Source: Azolla caroliniana (Eukaryota; Plantae; Polypodiophyta). Taken from it: a stretch of 16,719 bases of DNA. The position numbers were made by a program, and so were the translations under genes. Shown here piece after piece: positions 10,081 through 16,719 of the stretch (positions are counted from its first letter, which is position 1; each line of letters opens with the position of its first letter). Location: the NCBI GenBank assembly GCA_043228905.1, contig JBHGNT010000725.1:1-16719 (forward strand), in the 5' to 3' direction. The notes beneath the pieces are model-generated. The model was not told the origin of the DNA and ran no database searches. It saw only the letters and a program-made list of their open reading frames with translations.

Positions 10081-11292
10081 TTCCAATTTAATAATCTATT
10101 TTGCATTCATCATTTTGTTTAAATAACGTTTGTCAGATCTTATAAATAATATAATTTGGAATTGAAAGTGGTTAAATGTTTACCTTTTTTCTTTTATTAC
10201 TATAATTAATTTATATTAAACAGGTTACATAATTGATCTAGTTTTAAATAATTATTAGCATGCCATTAAAGTTAATTTTTAAATATACATAATATTTTAA
10301 TATTTATGTTTATTTAAAAATTAAATTATTGTTTTACCAACAATATTTTAAAGTGTTAGACCCTAATTATGCGTAAAGTATGTGAGCCAGCCAAAAAATT
10401 CAATATAACTAGATGCAGAAGTTGCAAATATAAATTTACTTTTAAAACAGACACCTATAAATACTGACTAAGTGTGCTCGTTTAATAGTCTATAGTACTT
10501 TTTGTTTTTAGCAAGAAGGCGCAATAAAACAGCAAAAATAATATGTTTGGGCGTGGTCGTACAAAAATTATTTAAAAATGCTCTGGTCGATTTAAAAATG
10601 ATTTTTAAACAAAACCCAATTTTTAATAATTAAGTAATCAATCCATTTTACAGGAACTTAAGCTTTTAATTGAAATGATAATTTTACAAGTATAATTTAC
10701 TTTGTAAGCTTTAAGTGGTGTTTTCAAAAAACAGTTATCTCTTTTTGCAGTTTTCATGCAAATTATAAATCTTTTAATTTAATTGCTGAAAAGTTATAAA
10801 CTTTGTTAAGTGAAAATTTTAATTAATAAGTCATTTAACAAGTTTGGTCATTAGGCTAAAGATATAATAATTCGGTTTTTCAATTATTCATGCAAATTTA
10901 TTCAAAAGGAGCGACGAAAATTACTACATAAATTTTCAGATTCAATAAGGTACACGATGTTGGTGAATTTCCAGATGCCTTATGTTTATATTTCCAATAT
11001 CTTTGTTTGTAAATTGGTAAGCTTAATTTTGGTTTAATAAATTCGTTGGTGCAGTATAAATAACCCAACATAAAGGTATAATTGTATATCAAAGTTAGAA
11101 TATACAAGTATTATAAATAGCATGCACAAAAAAAAATAAACATTTGAAAAAAAATTATATAAAATTTTTAAAAATCGCTAAAATATTTGAAACCACAAGT
11201 CAGGCATAAGAAAAGTATTCTCTTCAAGGTATTTATCCTTGTCCTTGACGTTTTTGATGAATTAACTATATATAAACATAGGTGTAAATCTT

Positions 11293-11811
11293 GACAAACT
11301 ACACTTAAATCATTTAAAATTTGCGAATAACAAAATAGTAGTGGAAAATAATTTGAAGGAATTAAGAAAAAAACACAGCATTTACCTATCTACTACTGAC
11401 AGTAAATTATATAAATCAAAAATCCCAAGCAATGAATAAAGATATATTTTTATTATTTTACGCCCTTTTCTACCAAAGGCTGACAATTCAATTAGCAACT
11501 TACAAATGGGAGCCTTTTCACAAATCTGTTTTGCTGTACTTTGTCTTTTTTTATTAGCAATTTTATTTTTTACTTATTACCTTTCATCACATAACCCAGG
11601 AATTGCATTTTTTGTTTGATGTTATTTTGTGGTGATTTGTATGTATACATGCAATGGAGTTCTTTCTTGTTGGTGAAACTTAGTTTTCATGAAATTCGCA
11701 GCGTTTGTCTATGCACATAAATTTAAAAATATTTATTTCTTTTATTAAGATAATACATAATATTTTTAAAGAACACGTCAAACACTGCCAGATTACATCA
11801 ATAGAACAAGT
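11293..11811 (+). repeat. Copy 1 of a diverged ~520 bp direct duplication containing an RTE 3' end on the minus strand (~11445-11811)
   Basis: Aligns along its length with 12388-12902 (aactacacttaaatc, aatcccaag, ttacgccctt, gctgtactttg, aagaacacgt, cagattacat). Minus strand gives KKMQFLGYVMKGNK*KIKLLI (cf. RTE KRKLQYLGHVMRGEKY). Confidence 0.85.
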
Positions 11812-11814
11812 ATA

Positions 11815-12386
11815 TATATTTTTTAAATCAAATCATAAGGTGAATTTGTCTGTAAAATATAAATTATATATTTAATCTTTCCAATGATTTAATTGCTATC
11901 AAAGTAATCTTAGTGCCATAAAAAACACTTTTTCCACTCCTTAGAACAGTTGAGATAAACTTTTACTGGTTTTACCTTTTTCGATTCGGTTTTTATTTTC
12001 TTAATTGTGTCAAAACGGCGTCCGTGCATTGTCCTTTTGAGTTAAATAGCCAGAATCCGCACGGATCCAAATCAGGCGAATGCGGTGGTTGCGGAACAAT
12101 ACAAGTGGTGTTTTTGTCAAAAATGTGCAGTGTGACGTGGTGCATGATCGTGATGAAGGAACCATGAATTCTTTCCCATAATTTTAGACGTTTTAGATGA
12201 TAGTACAATATCTTGCACGTGGTTCGTCTCCAACGCGTTCTCGGCATGCTTTAACTTCGTTATACCACTTATGTACTTTTTTGTGGTATGTTTAAAATAA
12301 CTATTACCCTTTTGCCATATTTTTAATGTACTTGAATTGAAATATTCGTTTCGCAAACAAAATTTAATGCAAGTTCTTTGCTCAAG
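11815..12386 (-). mobile_element. Mariner (DD34D-type) transposase remnant, internally deleted and 5'-truncated
   Basis: N-terminus EQRTCIKFCLRN (~12383), then NSWFLHHDHAPRHT (cf. HHDNA), VPQPPHSPDLDPCGFWLF (cf. PYSPDLAPCDF.LF) and DYFDS (cf. YFEGD). It ends at a TA run near 11811-11818. Confidence 0.88.
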
Positions 12387-12387
12387 A

Positions 12388-12902
12388 GACGAACTACACT
12401 TAAATCGTCTAATATTTGTAAATCACCAAGTATTAGTAATAAATAATTTGCAAGAATTAGGAAAAAAGTACAGCATTTAGATATCTGCTAATATGGACAA
12501 TAAATTTTATGAAATCAGAAATCCCAAGTGAACAGAGATATATTTTTTTTATTACGCCCTTTCCTACCTAAGGCTGCTATTCAAATTGCAAACGAGACTC
12601 TTTTCAGTGATGTTTTTCGCTGTACTTTGCCTTTTTTGTATTGGCAGTTTTATTTTGTATTTATTACCTTTTATTACATAATCCCGTTATTGCATTTTTT
12701 CCTTAAGAGGTTATTTGTGTGTTTGCATGCGCTGGAATTCTTTATTATTGGTGATTTCCATGAATTTCGCAGCCTATGTCTATACATATAGATTTAAAAA
12801 TATTTAATTATTTTATAATAACAATACAAAACATTATTAAAGAACACGTTAAACAACATGTACATTTAAGCCATGATTTCAGATTACATGAATACAACAA
12901 GT
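12388..12902 (+). repeat. Copy 2 of the ~520 bp duplication containing an RTE 3' end on the minus strand (~12543-12902)
   Basis: Minus strand gives MYRHRLRNSW (cf. YRRMLRISW), TNNKEFQRM (cf. TNEEVLRRM) and GKVQRKTSLKR (cf. GKVQGKRSVGR), ending in an A-rich tail. Confidence 0.85.
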
Positions 12903-12969
12903 TTAATAGAAAAAACAACCTAAATAAATCCTACAAAATAATTTTATTTGGCATTAACCTAAAATAAAA

Positions 12970-13175
12970 ATACAGAACACCTGCATTTTACTGGTGTGCA
13001 CCTACGATGTAGGGACTATTCTACGCCCCCAAAAGGCTATCAAAAAATTAAACACAATACTAAAAAGAATATAACCACAATAAAAGGCGTAAAGCACAAG
13101 AGACATCGGAAAAGACTTTGCAGATCGAAAAAATTAAAAGAGACCTACGTTCAAGATTATTCGAACGGTGATTGA
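12970..13175 (+). mobile_element. Possible very degraded LINE (RTE-like) C-terminal fragment
   Basis: Weak collinear motifs RTPAFYWCAPTM*, KKLNT, IKGV and EKIKRD resemble the post-RT region RPA..YG.E.W...GV...D.IRN...KI. Confidence 0.3.
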
Positions 13176-13216
13176 TAAAGAAAATAAGTCCCAAGTCTAA
13201 TAAAAAAAAAATACCA

Positions 13217-13390
13217 TTTTTTATTTATTTATTTATTTACGGGCCGTACCCATTTTTAGTACAAAATAAAATAAAATGTTTACAATATATAACCTCAACA
13301 AACTTAAATAAATATTACATATTATATAACAAACGTAACAAACATTATATTTGGTCGTTATTGCAATTAAAATTAAATTTATTTTGTGTT
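13217..13390 (-). mobile_element. LINE-like 3' UTR ending in a (TAAA)n tail
   Basis: Minus strand has a T-rich UTR-like tract ending ...aatgggtacggcccgTAAATAAATAAATAAATAAA, an end type typical of insect CR1/L2/Jockey-group LINEs. Confidence 0.55.
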
Positions 13391-13394
13391 AATT

Positions 13395-14350
13395 TTAATT
13401 TTTCTGCTCGCCGTTTCTCCCAGGGGAATTTGTCTGTTTGGTTCGCACGTTTGATTGTCTCTAGATATTCTAACGAGCCAATTTCTTAATTAATCCTACT
13501 TTAATGTTATAAATTTGTCTTTGATCACTGGAAACATTTTGATTATATTATATCATTTTGCACTTTTGAAAGCTTATTGTCATTTCAATTTTATTTACAA
13601 AATCGTTTAGTCCTTAAAGGATATGTTTGGCCTCTCCCAAATTTTCTTACAAAATAAGGATGTCATTTACAAAGCGCAAATGAATGCTTCTTACTCCGTC
13701 GGTGACAATTTCCTTTTTCTGCCATGCCAACCTATTAAATTTATACTCGAAAACAGTATATAATTTTGATTTCTTTTACCAGGGTTTTCAAGCATTTTCA
13801 AACACTAGGGCTGGTCACTTTGAGCGACTTGTTTCCGTAGCTAATAGAAGTCTAGCTTTGGCTCTAGTCTGGTTGTTGTAATTCTAAAGTACAGTTTATA
13901 AATATGCTTAAGACGACTAAATGGTCTGTTTTTAAGGTTCGTTAAATATCCATTTTTGTTCAAAGTATTGTATATTAAATTGCTTTACTTTGGTAGGGTA
14001 TTCTGATTTTACAGGCACATATAAAGGAGTTTTTAAATTATGGACATCACTACTGGTCCTCCTATTTTTATCTTTTTTTTGACGACACCGCCATTCTTGA
14101 GAATTTATTATTTTTCATCCTTCTTTAAGCAAATTTAATTTTGTGCATATAGATCTCCGAATAAAACGATTCCATAATTTGTAACAAATGTTTTTGTTGG
14201 ATGTAGTATTAGTTATCCTTGTTCTAGAGTTTGACAATATCCCTTTTCTTATTTTATAGTTTTTGTCTTATTACTTTTATGCTCTAATTTTCCTTGATAG
14301 TTATGACCATTTTCCTTGTTTATTCTTTATTCGTTTTGTGATGCCTATGA
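13395..14350 (-). mobile_element. Old RTE-clade reverse transcriptase remnant
   Basis: LLQIMESFYSEIY; FALRRMKNNK...IKIGG; LAWQKKEIVTDGVRSIHLRFVNDILIL (cf. LNW..KGI.IDG..L.HLRFADDIVL); VRISRDNQTCE (cf. IGRDNQT.E). Many stops and indels. Confidence 0.8.
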
Positions 14351-14786
14351 TACTTCTTTATTCGGTCCCATAATTCTGTCTTAGCTAGCGTTTTCGTAAC
14401 TTCACAATGCGCCTACTATTGGTCAGACACCATAAAAAAAAATTGCATTTTTTTGGCTAAAAAGCTGGATTTATTTAATTCAAACACCCGTTTTTCAAAA
14501 ATTGTTTGTTTTTTATTTATTGACACATTTTGTCCGTCGAAGGATGAATATTTCTCAATGGTTTCCATAGTTAACCAATATTTGTTGGAATGTCACACTT
14601 AACAATTTGTTTCAGATAACAGTTTGGTCTGTGACATATTTCGTCCGGCTCTGGAACTGTCCTAGGTGTCTCTGTCTTGCCTTGATTTTTACCGTTCACG
14701 GTAGATGGCGCATCAGACCTATTTAAAACTGTCTGATGCCAAAAATGTTGGTTAAGTATGGGAACTTCTGAGAGATATTCATCCTT

Positions 14787-14840
14787 CAACTAGCATGCCT
14801 GATGAGAACTGACACAGTTTAAAGCCGGTAGATGTTGTTG
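14787..14840 (+). ncRNA. Minimal Type I hammerhead motif, unit 1 (CUGAUGA intact, GAAA mutated)
   Basis: CAACUAGCAUGC-CUGAUGA(14799-14805)-GAACUG-ACA-CAGUUU-AAAG-CCGGUA-GAUGUUGUUG. The flanks pair as a bulged stem I. Predicted cut after 14830. Confidence 0.7.
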
Positions 14841-15133
14841 AGGTGAAATGTTTCACATATAGATTTGGTTTTCTACCAAACTGTAGATTTTTTATAACTT
14901 ATGCAAAGTTCCCATAGCTAACCAATATTATTTGGAATGACACACGTAACAATTTGTTTCAAATTTGAGTTTGGTCTGTGACATATTTCGTCCGGCTCTG
15001 GAACTGTCGCTAGGTGTCTCTGTCTTGCCTTGATTTTACCGTTTACGCTAGATGGCGCGTCAGACCTATTTAAAACTGTTTGATGCCAAAAATGTTGGTT
15101 AAGTATGGGAACTTCTCGGAGATATTCATTCTT

Positions 15134-15187
15134 TAACTAGCATGCCTGATAAGAACTGACACAGTTTAAAACCGGTAGATGTTGTTG
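15134..15187 (+). ncRNA. Minimal Type I hammerhead motif, unit 2 (degenerate)
   Basis: CUGAUAA(15146-15152)-GAACUG-ACA-CAGUUU-AAAA-CCGGUA-GAUGUUGUUG. Predicted cut after 15177. Confidence 0.62.
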
Positions 15188-15482
15188 AGGTAAAATCTCC
15201 CATATATAAATTTGGGTTTTCACCAAACTGTAGATTTTTTATAACTTATATAAAGTTTCCATAGTTAACCAATATTTTTTTGGAATGACACACTTAACAA
15301 TTTGTTTCAAATATGAGTTTGGTCTGTGACATATTTAGTCCGGCTCTGGAACTGTCGCTAGGTGTCTCTGTCTTGCCTTGATTTTTACCATTTACGTTAG
15401 ATGACTCGTCAGACCTATTTAAAACTGTTTGATGTCAAAAATATTGGTTAAGTATGGGAATTTCTAAGAGATATTCATCCTT

Positions 15483-15536
15483 TAACAAGCATGCCTAATG
15501 AGAACTGACACAGTTCAAGACCGGTAGATGTTGTTG
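15483..15536 (+). ncRNA. Minimal Type I hammerhead motif, unit 3 (degenerate)
   Basis: CUAAUGA(15495-15501)-GAACUG-ACA-CAGUUC-AAGA-CCGGUA-GAUGUUGUUG. Predicted cut after 15526. Confidence 0.62.
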
Positions 15537-16719
15537 GTGTGAAATCTCCCACATATATATTTGGTTTTCAACAGTAGATTTTTTTTAACTAATAAGTAAA
15601 TATTTCCCTTCAATCCCTTTAATATACATCAACTTAAAGGAGTACCTTTGCTATCTTGTTGGTAAATAATATTGTAAATTTTTGGAATGTACACCCCAGA
15701 TGCTTAAAAAAATAAGCTTCATACATTTCCCAAAATAAACATGTTATTTTTTAAATGATATAAACAAAAAGCACTTTAAAGATATTTCTTTGCAACAAAA
15801 CTATGTTAAATTTTCAATGGTAAAAGGCGACACCAGAAAACCTATATGTATGTATAGATGTCAATAGATATATTTAAAATATGCGTAAAATGCTATATAA
15901 AATTGTATTCACATTCTTTTGCTTTTCGTATAAATTATATGCCTGCGACATGCGAGACACTAGATAAAACTTTGGCATTTCATTTCTGTTTTCGGAGACG
16001 CCATTTATGCAAATACGTTGCCTCTGGTTTTATTTCCAACCAGAAAATATGCCGAAAGATTTATGCTCCTAAAAATAATTTAATTAGGTAGTAAGCATTG
16101 TTTAACTTGTTATTAATATCTTTTAATTAGCTCAAAAAAAAATTACTTTTCTATGATAATTTTTAATAAATAGGTAAAAATTGCTTATATTAATAAAATA
16201 AACGGATTTATTTTTAGTAACATATTGTGGTGGTTTTATATTTGGTTTTAATAAATGTAAAATTTATTTGATTTTCAAATATATTTTGTTTTATTTTATT
16301 GATCTATTATATATTTTACCATTTACAATTTTACTAAAAGTTCTTGGCTTTAGAATTGTAGCCATCCAATTTTCCGCCCAGAAAAACCGTTTGTTTGAGC
16401 TGTTTGGGCGCTAATGTATACAATATTTTATTTTCTTATAATAAAGTAAATAAAGTACAAAAAAGCTGTAAGTATTCAAATAAATAAATATTAAAATATA
16501 AGGTACACTCTATTTATGTGAAGATTTAAATCCAGGGACATCGCAAGAATACTGTTGCAAGAATATTGGGTGTAAAGTATATCCTAAATTATTTATTAGC
16601 CTAATTAAGCCTAATAGAGACTGGAAAGAAAAAACATTATTTATAAGATGCAAAATGGTAAGTAAGTAAGCATAATATCTAAAATTTAAATTAAACTAAT
16701 ATTGGGAAAGAAAAATTCT

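Larger units (their letters stand above)
14536..15590 (+). repeat. Tandem array of three ~347-349 bp units, each with one hammerhead motif (candidate retrozyme or Penelope-pLTR-derived array)
   Basis: Units start at 14561, 14908 and 15255 (gtt(t/c)ccatag(t/c)taaccaata) with high mutual similarity. 14536-14590 is an inverted repeat of ~14735-14790. No convincing ORF. Confidence 0.95.

Noticed and set aside
10940-11015. Possible 76-nt exon (ttttcag|...|gtaagc) with one open frame
   Set aside because: Splice-like signals are common in AT-rich DNA, and there is no recognisable peptide or partner exon. It would need RNA-seq support.
11293-12902. LTR retrotransposon or TRIM interpretation of the direct repeats
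   Set aside because: No TG...CA ends, PBS or PPT were seen. The repeats translate as an RTE C-terminus and the interior is mariner.
14571-14789. 72-aa minus-strand ORF in repeat unit 1 (and the 64-aa ORF at 870-1064)
   Set aside because: Not reported as open in the sister units and no recognisable domain, so these are chance ORFs in a non-coding repeat.
14561-15590. CRISPR array interpretation of the tandem repeat
   Set aside because: The units are ~347 bp and similar throughout, with no unique spacers and no cas genes, in a eukaryotic context.
15858-16091. 77-aa Cys-containing plus-strand ORF
   Set aside because: No recognisable zinc-finger spacing or domain, and the length is compatible with chance.

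Overview
AT-rich eukaryotic DNA, probably an insect intergenic or intronic region (inferred from the TE families present). I found no intact protein-coding gene: every ORF in the track is either chance or a fragment of a decayed transposon. The window holds a P-superfamily transposase fossil (+), a 1.87 kb P-like element with 17-bp TIRs, a TSD and a THAP remnant (-), several RTE-clade LINE remnants, a mariner remnant lying between two copies of a ~520 bp duplication, and a possible Tc1 end. The main finding is a non-coding repeat family present at both ends of the window (946-1480, and a 3 x ~347 bp tandem array at 14536-15590). It carries five degenerate copies of a minimal Type I hammerhead ribozyme, with consensus CTGATGA-GAACTG-ACA-CAGTTC-GAAA-CCGGT(A/C). 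This fits a retrozyme or Penelope-pLTR-like self-cleaving retroelement, and one locus has hammerheads on both strands. All alignments and translations were done by eye, so boundaries are approximate.
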